The notes: generated from the letters alone by a model not told the origin. Counted from the first letter of the stretch, positions 25,459-36,525 are shown. The stretch is DNA of 64,000 nt from an uncultured Clostridia bacterium (GCA_944377145.1 CALWEH010000013.1:26970-90969); one strand, 5' to 3'. Translations and numbers: made by a program.

Positions 25459-25705
25459 TATAATATTAATAACTTCATATGTAATGATTTAATATACTAT
25501 AAAATCCATTTATAATAATGATTGCTTAACACATGACGAAGAAGCTATTCTACGATACACTCTATATAAAGTTTTAATGAACAATATATTACCTAGATAC
25601 ATTAGGGAAAAGACAGAAACACCCTTAAATAATAGAAAATAAAGGATTAATAAGCCTATTGGAGAAAAAAAATTCTCTCTTAAAAAACTAAAGAAATTAA
25701 AAAAT

Positions 25706-25730
25706 AGGAAGAAATCTAAGATTTCTTCCT
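25706..25730 (-). terminator. Rho-independent terminator downstream of the VirD4-like gene; separates it from the RiPP-like operon
   Basis: 11-bp perfect stem AGGAAGAAATC / TAA loop / GATTTCTTCCT with T-runs on both strands. Confidence 0.7.
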
Positions 25731-25789
25731 AGTGTTTTTTTATTTTGAGTGATCCCTATGTTCACTTCATTATACCGTGGATTTTTATT

Positions 25790-27820
25790 TTAAAAATCAA
25801 ATAAATCGTCATCGTCATCATCGTCTATACTTGAATTTCGCTCTTTCATAATTTGATTTCGTTTTACAATGTCATAATACACTTCAGATTCATTAAATCC
25901 AGCTAAAGGAATATATCTTGCAGGAGTTTTAGACATATCATAAACATCTGTAGCTTCGTAACTTGGTGTGAATTTATTTTTATACACACAAGGCGGATCA
26001 AAAGACTTTATTATTAAATATCTATCTTTTCTAAATGTATTTAACTCTTGTGGATAAGCTATTGGACGAGTTTGAATTTGTTTACTCTCAGTTTTATTTT
26101 CCTTTCCATCTGGACCTTTACTTGTACTTATATTAGTCATTTCAATAGTTTTATTGCCAAGAATTTTACTAAATTCTTCATTGGTAGCATGGTCATCAGA
26201 TCCTACATACACTGAAATAGGACAGTTATTTCTAATAGTTTGAGCTTCTTGTTCCCCATATTTAGCATTAAGCTGAGAATAAGATTGAATTACTAGTTGG
26301 TAAAATATTCCTCTACTACGAGCAACTGCTAATGTAGTACCAAAATTATTAAATTTAGGCATATTACCAAACTCATCTAATTCAAAATATACATGACGCT
26401 TTAAACTTCCTCCCAAAGAATTTGCTTTTTCAACCAATCTTTTATACATTTGTGTAATAAATAGTGATCCTAATGGATGACGCACTTCCAATTGATCTGG
26501 TATTCTCACAAATATAGCTGTAGGTTTTTCATCTATGCTATTAAAATCTATATCATTGGCACTTGTCATTAAGCTAATTCCTTCATCACTAAATAATACT
26601 GTTTTATTTGATACAAAACCCATATAGTTTTTACTTGTATTTTCAGCATTATTTAATGCCGTGTTTGCCAATTCTTTTACTTTAGAGAATTTATCTCTAT
26701 AGTCAAATAGATATTTTTTTAATGTAGCATATACATCTCTTCCTGAAGTATCTACATAATTACATATTTTATATACATTGTAAAAATTAAATTTATCCTC
26801 AGTAAGTTTAAGTGCTGGATCTGTACTATCTTCAAGCATAGCCAATATTACAGCATGAATAAGCTTTTGTGCAACTGTTTCCCAGTTTGGATCTTGTGAG
26901 TTTGTAATAGGAGCTATAGCTGTTACAACGTCTTGAATTTCTGTAAAAGCTGAAGATTGTAATTTATCTCGTATTACACGCAAATCTCTATCAAGATTAT
27001 TTCTATTTGAATAAGCAGTTTTATTAAACTCATACCAATATTGAGAATTAAAATCGAAATCGCTATCCATTAACAATTTTAAACTTCTAGGATCTTCTCC
27101 TGCAGAATGAAGTTTAACCTCTTTATTTATATTTAAACTTCTATGAAATGTTCTATATGCAAATGACAAAGGATTCCATTTTGCTGAAGCATAAGGGTCG
27201 TTTAAATCTAAAAGCAATATCTCATATCCTTCTTTTTTTAGCTTTTCAACATTTTGTTCATACAATTCGCCTTTAGGATCTGTAATTACAAATGATGGCT
27301 TAGCTGCAGTCATGGATAATAATTGCAAAGTAGGAATGATGTATTGTGTGCTTTTACCTGAAGATGTAGTACCTATAATTAAAGTATGTATTGGCTTAAT
27401 AAAATTAATTTCCATATTTCCACCAATTTTTTCAGCACGTACTAATACACCATCTTTATTTAATGATCGTATATTTTTCATTGTACAAAAATTGAATTCT
27501 TTTTTAGTTCTTAAATCCTCTGTAGAAACAAAATCATTGCTAAAATATTGTTGAACATCTTTACCTTTATCGTCTTTACCCTTATCGCTTAATCCTTTTG
27601 ACTGAGATTTTGGCTTACCATCTGCCATTTTAAATAGTAAAAACAATAAATATATACCTGCAGCCATTATTGTTATAAACAATGTTACAGCATCAAATAA
27701 ATAATCTGTATCAAATCCAAATGATTTGTTATTAAAATATGAAACCAAGACCACTGCAACAACATAAAATAAGGCTATAACTATAATATGCATTAGCATT
27801 TTTTTTATAAAATTTCCCAT
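25790..27820 (-). CDS. VirD4/TraG-family type IV coupling protein-like ATPase
   Basis: Two N-terminal TM helices. Walker A is IIGTTSSGKST, followed by ITDPKGE, and Walker B is VYFELDEFGNMPKF. The C-terminus is an acidic tail ending DDDDDDDLFDF. GGAGGA RBS. Confidence 0.75.
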   Translation of the reverse strand: MGNFIKKMLMHIIVIALFYVVAVVLVSYFNNKSFGFDTDYLFDAVTLFITIMAAGIYLLFLLFKMADGKPKSQSKGLSDKGKDDKGKDVQQYFSNDFVSTEDLRTKKEFNFCTMKNIRSLNKDGVLVRAEKIGGNMEINFIKPIHTLIIGTTSSGKSTQYIIPTLQLLSMTAAKPSFVITDPKGELYEQNVEKLKKEGYEILLLDLNDPYASAKWNPLSFAYRTFHRSLNINKEVKLHSAGEDPRSLKLLMDSDFDFNSQYWYEFNKTAYSNRNNLDRDLRVIRDKLQSSAFTEIQDVVTAIAPITNSQDPNWETVAQKLIHAVILAMLEDSTDPALKLTEDKFNFYNVYKICNYVDTSGRDVYATLKKYLFDYRDKFSKVKELANTALNNAENTSKNYMGFVSNKTVLFSDEGISLMTSANDIDFNSIDEKPTAIFVRIPDQLEVRHPLGSLFITQMYKRLVEKANSLGGSLKRHVYFELDEFGNMPKFNNFGTTLAVARSRGIFYQLVIQSYSQLNAKYGEQEAQTIRNNCPISVYVGSDDHATNEEFSKILGNKTIEMTNISTSKGPDGKENKTESKQIQTRPIAYPQELNTFRKDRYLIIKSFDPPCVYKNKFTPSYEATDVYDMSKTPARYIPLAGFNESEVYYDIVKRNQIMKERNSSIDDDDDDDLFDF

Positions 27821-27870
27821 TTATTATCCTCCAGCACATATAAATAATTAGTCTTTATAAATTCTATTTT

Positions 27871-27899
27871 ATAATATATATTTTTATTAACATTGTCAA
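27871..27899 (-). promoter_or_regulatory. Sigma-A-type promoter candidate in the 83-nt gap between the giant gene and the VirD4-like gene
   Basis: The minus strand reads TTGACA, a 17-nt spacer, then TATTAT. Confidence 0.35.
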
Positions 27900-27903
27900 G
27901 AGA

Positions 27904-30900
27904 TTATCTCACCTTCATTCTTGTTCTTAACCAAATAAATGTACCTACTAAGGCTAAAATTATAGCCACAATCACAACTATTAATATAATAGACATAGCG
28001 TTTAAAGGTTCTTTTATTGTAAAGTTAAGACTTGTTATTACATTTCCACTATCACTTACAATTTGCACATAATATTGATCTGGAGTTGATAATTGCATTT
28101 GAGTAATTTGATTTGCAGAATTTTCATTAATATCCAAAACAGACACACCATTAATAACTAAACTACAATCACCTACTTGACCATATATAATTGCAGGATT
28201 AAATTGGATTGTAACAGTTTTAGTTGTGCTACCTCCAGCTTCTATTGAACTTGTTAAAGATGGAATTTCATTATTCATAGTAAATGAAAATTGCACCTGT
28301 CTTGCTGGGAAAAGTCTGTCATCATTTACTTCATAAACTACAGTGAATTTCATTTTACCTTGAGTAGTAGCTTGTAAAGCTTGAGTTAAACGCTCATAAG
28401 TAATTAATCTATTATACTCAACATTATCTTGATTAGATTTATCTGCTAATAAAGCTAAGAATTGAGAAGTAATATCTCTTGGCACTGTTTGGCTAATATC
28501 CATAACAGATATAATGTCATATCCTGCTATAGGAGTAAAATCTATTGCAGATCTAGCTTCATTTGGATTTAATATGGTAAATACTATTTGAGAGCTAACA
28601 GTTTCTCCATTTTCTCTTAATCTAGCAGTTATATTTATTAAATATGTTCCATACTCACTAAATGTATAAGTATATGAATTTCTTATATATCCTGTATAAT
28701 TATTACTATTTAATCGTGCTGTTAATACAATACTCTCAAAATCGTAATTATATTCCCCTGTAAATGAATTTGTATTATTAATGGTTAAAACTACAGGTCG
28801 ATCATAATAAGCATATTCAATAGGAGCTGTTCCATTAATTGTATATAATACTCCTTTCATTACTACTAAAGTGAAATAATCTGTCTGTGAGCTACCATTT
28901 CCAAACATTTGAACATTTCCTGCCATATCTTCAACTCTTAATCTATATGTCCCACCATTTTTAAATTCTATAGTAGTAATTTCTCCTGCTTCACCTACTA
29001 TTGGTGTGCCATAATCACTATTATTATATGATACATAAATTAAAATTTTATTATGTCTTTCAAGTATGTTTGAATTAGTGTTTTTATTAACAGAATTGAA
29101 TGTTAATTTATAATATTCAGCATTTGTATTATATATAGTTTTAGAATTTCCTGTAGAGCTTTCTAACAATAAATCTTGTTGAGTAGCAGAAGTATGGAAT
29201 GTGAAGTCATTATAATTCAATATATCTCCACCAGAATCCGCCACTCTTACAATAATAGCAAAAGTACGATAATTTGCTCTATATATATGATACAAACTAA
29301 TTGTAGTATTTCCACTTCCTCCAACAATAGAATATGATGGAGAATATACTCCATTGTCTTGATTTGAATGTAATGTTAATTGTTCTGTAGATATATACAT
29401 TGGAATTGCTGTATTATAGCCAAAGCTTGTAAAGTCATTTTGCATTTCATTTACATTTGTAAATCCTAATGCTGTTGCCATATCTGTTGGATAGGTTATT
29501 CCTCCACCTGAATGAGTAGCAAACACTTCTTCAATCTCTCTTAAATTTGTAATTGATGAGTATTCTTTTTCCTCTCCATCATTATTTTCAACCTTATATA
29601 ATCCAGAAACGCTTGTAGACATGTTTATAGTAAATATTCTTGAAGCTATCCAAGTATCATCCTTTCCTTTAACAATAACCTTTAACACATATTTACATTT
29701 ACCTGTAGAGTTTTCTGTAGGTAAAGTATAATTAGTTGCAGATGAGCTTGTTAAAAGTTGATTATAAGACGAACTATCTACAAATTCTATTAATTCATAT
29801 CTGTAATTAAAATAGTTATTATTAAGTCTAGTCCAACTAATCTCTACTGTTTCAGATAATAAATTTTTATATAAATCTGGATTTCTTAAATCGTCTATAA
29901 TATAATCACCTGAAGCGCTATCAATATTTAATTCAGAATATACATAATCTAATCGAGAAATTAAATTTTGATTTGTTATATTAAAATCTGTAGTTCGATT
30001 ATCTATCCATACTTCATAAGTTCGAATTGGATTTAGTTTTAACTCATCACTTCTTAGATAAAGATTAACTACAAATCTTCTTAAACTTCCTACAAAATCC
30101 TCACTTAAATCATGTTTTAATGTCAATAAGTTATAATCTCCATTAGTTTCAATAGTGTAAAAATCATTAGCTTGAGATATGTCTAATGGAGTTTCGCTAT
30201 TGTTTAAATATATTGTTACATAATTATCATCAAGTTGATAATATCCACTATCATATCTAATTACAACATCTCCAGCAGTATATACAATATTATTGTTTGT
30301 ATAGCTATTGCTAAGTGTTTGCAAGCTATATGGCTTATAACTACCACTTGTAGACAATCGTTCAATTAAAACTGATTGTAAAGCATCTGTTAATTCAACT
30401 GTATATTGAATATTATCTGCTAAATATATTCTATCTCTTACATTGCTATCCAACCTTACTTCATCATAAGAATTAGAACCTTGAGCCAAACTTAAACTTA
30501 TATAACCATTATTAAAACTAGCATCATAACTAACTGTTCTTGTTTCATTATTTATATCATAAGTAAATGTTATTTTAGTTAAGTATAAATATAATCCAGG
30601 AGCAATTTCAGTATTTAATCCATTAAGGTCAATATATTTGTTTCCATATACATCATGTTGGATTTTTAAGGCTGAAAGATCTAATGAAACATCACTGTTT
30701 GGATAATTATCTATTCTTAATGTATATGTATTATTATATACATCTCTATAAGTTAGCAAATAGTTTCCATGTTCTACTATTATATTCTTAATATATTCTC
30801 CTATCTCTGCCTGAGTAGTAGTGCTATCAATATATAAAACATAGTTATTATCCGCCTTATTAATTTCTATTTTTCCATAAAAATTAATGAAATCATTTTG

Positions 30901-33900
30901 TAGATTTTGTATAGATACTTCTTCAATTCCTAAGAAAGACTTTTGATTAATACCTTCACTATCACCAAACGTTAAATTAACAGTTTCAATATCGCTTGAT
31001 ATTTCTCCATCATTAACAGGATAACCTGATATATTTAAAGAAATCATCATATCCTCAGGAGCGAAATATATTACATATTGAGTTAAATTACCTGCTAAAT
31101 CCTTTTCTACTATTTCGTAAAAAGCACCCTCTATATATTCACTATCTCCAAACACTTCACTGTAATTAATAGATGTTTTATTAGTATAGTTTTGGAAAGA
31201 TAAGTTTCTATACTCTATTAAATTTTCGCTAAATGTATAAAATCCAGAAGAATTTCCAAAATATGTATCACATATTGGAAGTAAACCCATTCTTGTATCA
31301 GCACTTAAACTTGAATTTAATGATAAAGGACGATAATACAATCTTTCTAAATTTGTACTATCAAAACTAGATAATTCATTTACTGCAATAGCATACATTG
31401 ATTTTGTAGCATTGCTATAATCTCCTAAATCAACAAAAGAATAATATAACCTATTTGTCAATCCATAATAATCTTGCACTGTAGTTGTACTACGATATCC
31501 AAAAGAAGAATTAATTTCTCCTTGCTCTACATTATTTTCTTCAGCTAAATAATTTTCGAATTGTTGAAAATATTGCTCTTGATCTTGTAAAATTTTATCT
31601 AAATTATCAGTATTAGGAGATCTATCTATATACACATTATATGTAGAAGTATAAAAACTTTCTATTTGACCATCTACCAAATATGTATAATACTCACTTC
31701 CAGAATTATCTAAAATATATTGAATTTTAATGTTATACACATATTCTTCAAATGAAATAATTTCACTTCTATCATCACTTAAGGTTAAGCCAGTATCTAG
31801 CTTGATTATATATTTTACTATATCTTCTTCTATTGATGTTTCTTCACCTTCACTATTTACAGGTATTATACGAGTTCTATCTTTAATAATTCCGCTTGTA
31901 TCCACTTGTCCATTTACAACTCTTAACCAAACTTCTTCTCTGCCATTATTAATTCTTATAATCTCAAAATTATTTATATCAACTTGTGCATTAAAAGAAT
32001 TTTTATCTTCTACCAATATTTCAAAATCTACAAATTCTTGATTTGTATATAATATTTTATCTTCACTATATAATTTATTACTTTGAATATTGTTAATCTC
32101 AGCATAAGTATAAACATCTGTTGTAGGAGCTTGTTTTGTTAAGCGAACGCCAAATATAAATTGATTATAATCTACTACTTGCACTCCATCTAATTCATGT
32201 CCTACTTCATCATTAATCACAAACACATAAGTTCCTGGCAAACTCAATAATCCATCGCCTGTCGTTCGCATTGTAGCTTGGCGATATATTGAAGTCTCGT
32301 ATCCTTCATCAAATTCAAATGAAATATACCCACCTTCATTTGTGACATTATTCATTAATCTAATGAATCCGCCTTTAATTCCATCTCCTGTTAGCAAATT
32401 ATAATTATCTAAAAAATATACACTTAATTTTAATTTTAAATTATAATATGAGCTAGCCAATAACTCTTTTGTGTCTATATTTCCAGAAACATATTTGCCA
32501 TTAGGAACTTTAATTTGTGTTGGCAATTTATTTGTGCTTAAATAAATGCTATATGTTATAGTTGTAGATTCACCACCATTTCTATATACTCTGCTATAAC
32601 TTTCTAAACCTTGCATTGCAAAGTTGTCAAAATATATTTGCCCTTCACTATTTGGCACGCTAGCATGAATAAATTGACCTACTATTTTTTCATTCACACT
32701 TGAAATTGAATATCCAATAATGCCATTTCTGTCTACAAAAAATGCATAAGAAAATTCTTGTTCAGGATCATTATTTAATCTTCTAGTTATTATATATAAT
32801 CCAGTTTGAGTAACCTTATTCGAAACTAAATTGCCTTCAGAGTCGTAATAAGTTTCAAACCCAATATTAATAGGATTGCTTTGCATAACATTTTTGCCAT
32901 CTCTTTGATAAGCTGTATATTCAGAAATTGTTTCAATATCATTTTCTGTTCTCAAAATATAAGAAGTATTAACATAAGAATATGGATAATACGGATAATT
33001 TTTAATTTCATCAGCTGTCAAGCTATTTAAAACATCTTGACTCATAAGTTGATAATAATTATATCTAACTTCTGTAACTTGGAAAGTATTTTCATCTGTA
33101 TGCAACCATTCAAAAACAAACAATCCATCATCAGAAGCTTGAGCATTGTTATAATTAGTTATATATATGTTTTCATCTATTTCTTCTTGACCTTCAAAAT
33201 ATTTTGTAATGCTAGATGTGGAAGCCACCCAATTATCATATAATTCGCCCTCTCTTCCAGCAGAATAAATATCTCCTTGAGCTTCATCTGGAGTGATTGC
33301 CACTATAAAAGATGATGTTGAGCTTGAATTTAATTGATTGCTTCCCACAACAGTTATTTGATAATACCTTCTAGCTTCTTCGTCACGCTTTATAGACATT
33401 CCTCCTCTAGACACATCAGCAAATAATGTGGAAGAAATTTCATCTGTCCACCCTACACTAACATTTCCGTTAGGATATCTAATTTGTTGCTCTCCACTCT
33501 TAGTAATTACATAAACATTTTCATTATTATCTCTTTGCAACTGTATTTCAGCTCTATCATTTTCAACAATTAAATAATAATTATTATTATATTGAGTGAA
33601 TAAGTTTGAAACTCCCATAAAGTTAGAATTCTCATCATTATAATAATCTTCAGGTAACTCACTATTTAATATAATGTTTTTAATATCATCATCATTTAAA
33701 TTTGAAATATTAATAGCTTTATGAGTTCCCCATTCTATAGTAACATCGCTTGTAACCACTTCTCCGCTAGTATAATCCTGAAGTTCTCCACTTGAAGTTT
33801 GATACCAAGCATTAAACACTGCTTCTGTATTATCTACAACAACTATATATTGCAATCTATTTCCAGCATCATCTATTAATGTGAAAATATAAATCCCTTG

Positions 33901-36300
33901 ATTAGATAAAACATTATCTACATTTAATGTAGAAGACAACAAGGCAGGTTTTTCTATAAATATTTGCTCAGAAGTTCCTCCTGCCATATAATTGTTTACA
34001 ATATATGAATATGTAATTCCATTTACAACTTGTGTTATTTTAGTTCCACTATTATCACTTCCTGCAACAAAAGGAATAAACCTATAACTAGCACTAACAT
34101 TTGCTCTACTTGGTTTATCATCCCAACTAATAGTGAAATTAGTATTTATTAAATTCAAATTTGTATGTGTAATATAGTTAAAATTAGCATCTTGCGCTAT
34201 TGAGTATACAACATTATTCCCCAACATATAAGAAGCTACTTCATATATTTCTAAACCTGTAATTCCTTCTTTATCAATAGTAAAATAGCTATATATTTTA
34301 GTAGCAGTTCCTTCAAGTTGTAATACAAGCATATATGATCCACTTTGAGTTAAAATACTTTCTTTTATATACTCAGCTCTTCCAATGCTTGAATTGATAC
34401 CTCCATTTGCCACTGCTTTTAATGTAGCTTCAGTTGGATATTTATTATTTGTTAATCCGTAATATAAAATCCCCTGAATTTTAGATTCAAACACACCTGG
34501 CTCTTCCCATGTAGCATAAACATTTTTATTTGTATACTCATGTGAATAAAAATTTTCTTTATTCTCATCTGTAACATATAAAATATTTGTTTCATCTGTC
34601 TTGAAAAGATTCATTTTAGGAGTAGAAGAAGTTATTCTAAAAGCAAAATATTGAGTCCTAACTTGATTATCTGTATAACTATATGAAGCAACTATTAAAT
34701 AATATCCAGAAGAAGTAAATGTAGAAACTTTAGTTAAATTATGTTTGTTTCCGTCTGCTATTAATCCATCTAATTTTTGATTATAGTAATAATAGCTATT
34801 AGTTAAATCATATTCATCATTTAAAGTTAACCACAATCCTCCCTGATTTGTGTTTTGATAGATTTCTAAATTTTCTAAATTTTCTCCATCATTTAAATTA
34901 AATCCTGCAGATTTAGAATTTACAGTTTCAATAGTACCTGTTTTATACTGCCCTGATGTAAGAGTATAGTTTACACCTAAGCTTTGCCCTAATTCAATAT
35001 CAGTAGAATCTGTAAATCCATTTACTAAAATAAACATAGTGCCGTTTTGATATATTTCCAAATAAGTTAAGTCAGCACCTAAAGAACCACTCTTTGAATA
35101 TTTTAACTGATATCCATATATATTTAATTTAATATCCTCAACTTGCAGATTTTCCTCTGGAATAGTTAATCTCACCCCTTGATAATAATACACATATTGG
35201 AAATTAAAATTATATTCTCCTGCATCTACAAACATCAAGGTGATAATTGTATTATTAAATTCAGGTGATATATTATATTCTTTTGTAGTTGTAGAATTGT
35301 ATACTGTAGTATGTAATAATAGCCTTGAATTTTGCTCATCATATTCAAACTCAACACTTCTTTGAGTATCACCAGAATTGAATGTGTATGATAAATTATA
35401 TCTAGTATAATCAAATGTTAATGTTGGATATTGTAAAGTTGTACCACTATTGAAAGTATAGTTGTTTTCATTTTTAGTCGCATTTTCAATAATTGGCACT
35501 GTGGAATAACTTTGCCCATTTATTTCCTGTTGTTGTTCATATCCTGATCTTAATAACATGTAAAAATCAAAAGTTTGCCTTAATAAAGTTCCACCCTCAA
35601 CCATATAGGCAATTTCAATTTGATAATAACCTTCATTTTCTTCTAAAGCATCAATAAACCAAACAAAATCATAATATTTTGAATTATATGTTCTTACTCC
35701 AGGAATATCAAGCAAGCTTGACCCATTCAACATTACTTGAATTGATACTATCTCCAAATTTGCTCCAGAATTTTCTGTAGTTGTAACAATTTCTCCATTT
35801 TGACTATAATAATACCCTCCAAGAGTTATCATTATTCCTTCTTTAATATTCACACTCTCTTGAGCACTCGCTTCATTTTGATATGAAGCCACTTTTGATT
35901 GCATATCATCAACTATAACATATTGCCCATTTCTCACAATATATTTATTGCTATAATCATTTGAGCTAATTAAAGCATTATCGCCAAAATACCATGTTTC
36001 ATTTTGTGAATTTTGAATTGAATTAAATTCATATCCATTATATGTCAAATTCTTATTTCTATTTTCCTCATTAGCAAAATAAACCTTTTCAACAGAAAAG
36101 ATAACATTCCCTTCATATTGCTCACTAAATCCATCTATAGCTTCAGCTTTAGCAAATTTAATAGAATTTAAATCTGCGCCGAAACCTATCACTCCACCTA
36201 AAGAAATTACCGCCATTAATATAAACATTAATGTGACAATTAAAAACTTTTTCCCCTTCATAAATGCTTCCTTTATTTTATTTTTTAACTTCATTAGCAA
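27904..36300 (-). CDS. Giant (about 2785-2798 aa) tail-anchored surface protein made of beta-sandwich-like modules
   Basis: The track start at 36300 is a TTG without an RBS. The ATG at 36261 (MKGKKFLIVTLMFILMAVISLGG...) has AAGGAAG upstream and gives a classical signal peptide. The C-terminus is a single TM helix plus a basic tail (IILIVVIVAIILALVGTFIWLRTRMKVR). A strand motif D-x-[AVS]-G-[NH] recurs (DDAGNRLQY, KDLAGNLTQY, EDMAGNVQMF, SDSGNVITS). No LPXTG motif. Confidence 0.8.
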   Translation of the reverse strand: MLMKLKNKIKEAFMKGKKFLIVTLMFILMAVISLGGVIGFGADLNSIKFAKAEAIDGFSEQYEGNVIFSVEKVYFANEENRNKNLTYNGYEFNSIQNSQNETWYFGDNALISSNDYSNKYIVRNGQYVIVDDMQSKVASYQNEASAQESVNIKEGIMITLGGYYYSQNGEIVTTTENSGANLEIVSIQVMLNGSSLLDIPGVRTYNSKYYDFVWFIDALEENEGYYQIEIAYMVEGGTLLRQTFDFYMLLRSGYEQQQEINGQSYSTVPIIENATKNENNYTFNSGTTLQYPTLTFDYTRYNLSYTFNSGDTQRSVEFEYDEQNSRLLLHTTVYNSTTTKEYNISPEFNNTIITLMFVDAGEYNFNFQYVYYYQGVRLTIPEENLQVEDIKLNIYGYQLKYSKSGSLGADLTYLEIYQNGTMFILVNGFTDSTDIELGQSLGVNYTLTSGQYKTGTIETVNSKSAGFNLNDGENLENLEIYQNTNQGGLWLTLNDEYDLTNSYYYYNQKLDGLIADGNKHNLTKVSTFTSSGYYLIVASYSYTDNQVRTQYFAFRITSSTPKMNLFKTDETNILYVTDENKENFYSHEYTNKNVYATWEEPGVFESKIQGILYYGLTNNKYPTEATLKAVANGGINSSIGRAEYIKESILTQSGSYMLVLQLEGTATKIYSYFTIDKEGITGLEIYEVASYMLGNNVVYSIAQDANFNYITHTNLNLINTNFTISWDDKPSRANVSASYRFIPFVAGSDNSGTKITQVVNGITYSYIVNNYMAGGTSEQIFIEKPALLSSTLNVDNVLSNQGIYIFTLIDDAGNRLQYIVVVDNTEAVFNAWYQTSSGELQDYTSGEVVTSDVTIEWGTHKAINISNLNDDDIKNIILNSELPEDYYNDENSNFMGVSNLFTQYNNNYYLIVENDRAEIQLQRDNNENVYVITKSGEQQIRYPNGNVSVGWTDEISSTLFADVSRGGMSIKRDEEARRYYQITVVGSNQLNSSSTSSFIVAITPDEAQGDIYSAGREGELYDNWVASTSSITKYFEGQEEIDENIYITNYNNAQASDDGLFVFEWLHTDENTFQVTEVRYNYYQLMSQDVLNSLTADEIKNYPYYPYSYVNTSYILRTENDIETISEYTAYQRDGKNVMQSNPINIGFETYYDSEGNLVSNKVTQTGLYIITRRLNNDPEQEFSYAFFVDRNGIIGYSISSVNEKIVGQFIHASVPNSEGQIYFDNFAMQGLESYSRVYRNGGESTTITYSIYLSTNKLPTQIKVPNGKYVSGNIDTKELLASSYYNLKLKLSVYFLDNYNLLTGDGIKGGFIRLMNNVTNEGGYISFEFDEGYETSIYRQATMRTTGDGLLSLPGTYVFVINDEVGHELDGVQVVDYNQFIFGVRLTKQAPTTDVYTYAEINNIQSNKLYSEDKILYTNQEFVDFEILVEDKNSFNAQVDINNFEIIRINNGREEVWLRVVNGQVDTSGIIKDRTRIIPVNSEGEETSIEEDIVKYIIKLDTGLTLSDDRSEIISFEEYVYNIKIQYILDNSGSEYYTYLVDGQIESFYTSTYNVYIDRSPNTDNLDKILQDQEQYFQQFENYLAEENNVEQGEINSSFGYRSTTTVQDYYGLTNRLYYSFVDLGDYSNATKSMYAIAVNELSSFDSTNLERLYYRPLSLNSSLSADTRMGLLPICDTYFGNSSGFYTFSENLIEYRNLSFQNYTNKTSINYSEVFGDSEYIEGAFYEIVEKDLAGNLTQYVIYFAPEDMMISLNISGYPVNDGEISSDIETVNLTFGDSEGINQKSFLGIEEVSIQNLQNDFINFYGKIEINKADNNYVLYIDSTTTQAEIGEYIKNIIVEHGNYLLTYRDVYNNTYTLRIDNYPNSDVSLDLSALKIQHDVYGNKYIDLNGLNTEIAPGLYLYLTKITFTYDINNETRTVSYDASFNNGYISLSLAQGSNSYDEVRLDSNVRDRIYLADNIQYTVELTDALQSVLIERLSTSGSYKPYSLQTLSNSYTNNNIVYTAGDVVIRYDSGYYQLDDNYVTIYLNNSETPLDISQANDFYTIETNGDYNLLTLKHDLSEDFVGSLRRFVVNLYLRSDELKLNPIRTYEVWIDNRTTDFNITNQNLISRLDYVYSELNIDSASGDYIIDDLRNPDLYKNLLSETVEISWTRLNNNYFNYRYELIEFVDSSSYNQLLTSSSATNYTLPTENSTGKCKYVLKVIVKGKDDTWIASRIFTINMSTSVSGLYKVENNDGEEKEYSSITNLREIEEVFATHSGGGITYPTDMATALGFTNVNEMQNDFTSFGYNTAIPMYISTEQLTLHSNQDNGVYSPSYSIVGGSGNTTISLYHIYRANYRTFAIIVRVADSGGDILNYNDFTFHTSATQQDLLLESSTGNSKTIYNTNAEYYKLTFNSVNKNTNSNILERHNKILIYVSYNNSDYGTPIVGEAGEITTIEFKNGGTYRLRVEDMAGNVQMFGNGSSQTDYFTLVVMKGVLYTINGTAPIEYAYYDRPVVLTINNTNSFTGEYNYDFESIVLTARLNSNNYTGYIRNSYTYTFSEYGTYLINITARLRENGETVSSQIVFTILNPNEARSAIDFTPIAGYDIISVMDISQTVPRDITSQFLALLADKSNQDNVEYNRLITYERLTQALQATTQGKMKFTVVYEVNDDRLFPARQVQFSFTMNNEIPSLTSSIEAGGSTTKTVTIQFNPAIIYGQVGDCSLVINGVSVLDINENSANQITQMQLSTPDQYYVQIVSDSGNVITSLNFTIKEPLNAMSIILIVVIVAIILALVGTFIWLRTRMKVR

Positions 36301-36487
36301 TAGTTTTTATATATTATTATAATACCACAAATTTTACATGTTAAGCAATCAAATAATGAAAAAATATACAATTTTATATATTTTTCAAAATTTTAGATTA
36401 TTAATTTACAAAAAAATAATAATAAATTAATAAATTGAAAATTAATTTAAATAATTTAAAAAATTAATTTAAAAATAATTTAATTAA

Positions 36488-36525
36488 AAAAAATAGGCAT
36501 TTTTAAATATTTTTTGCCTATTTTT
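36488..36525 (-). terminator. Terminator hairpin downstream of ypeB
   Basis: AAAAAATAGGCA / 14-nt loop / TGCCTATTTTTT. The stem is 12 bp and perfect. Confidence 0.55.

Noticed and set aside
25493-25642. Start-less 49-codon plus-strand frame (…DEEAILRYTLYKVLMNNILPRYIREKTETPLNNRK) between the VirD4 terminator and the RiPP promoter
   Set aside because: It has no start codon or RBS and no recognisable family. It could be a gene relic, but the evidence is too thin to annotate.
27312-33243. Plus-strand ORFs 27312..27554, 31730..32041 and 33037..33243
   Set aside because: They are antisense within the VirD4-like gene and the giant gene.
25790-36300. Complete conjugative element or T4SS locus
   Set aside because: Only the coupling-protein homologue is present. 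No relaxase, VirB4-type ATPase, channel, pilin or integrase genes flank it within the window.
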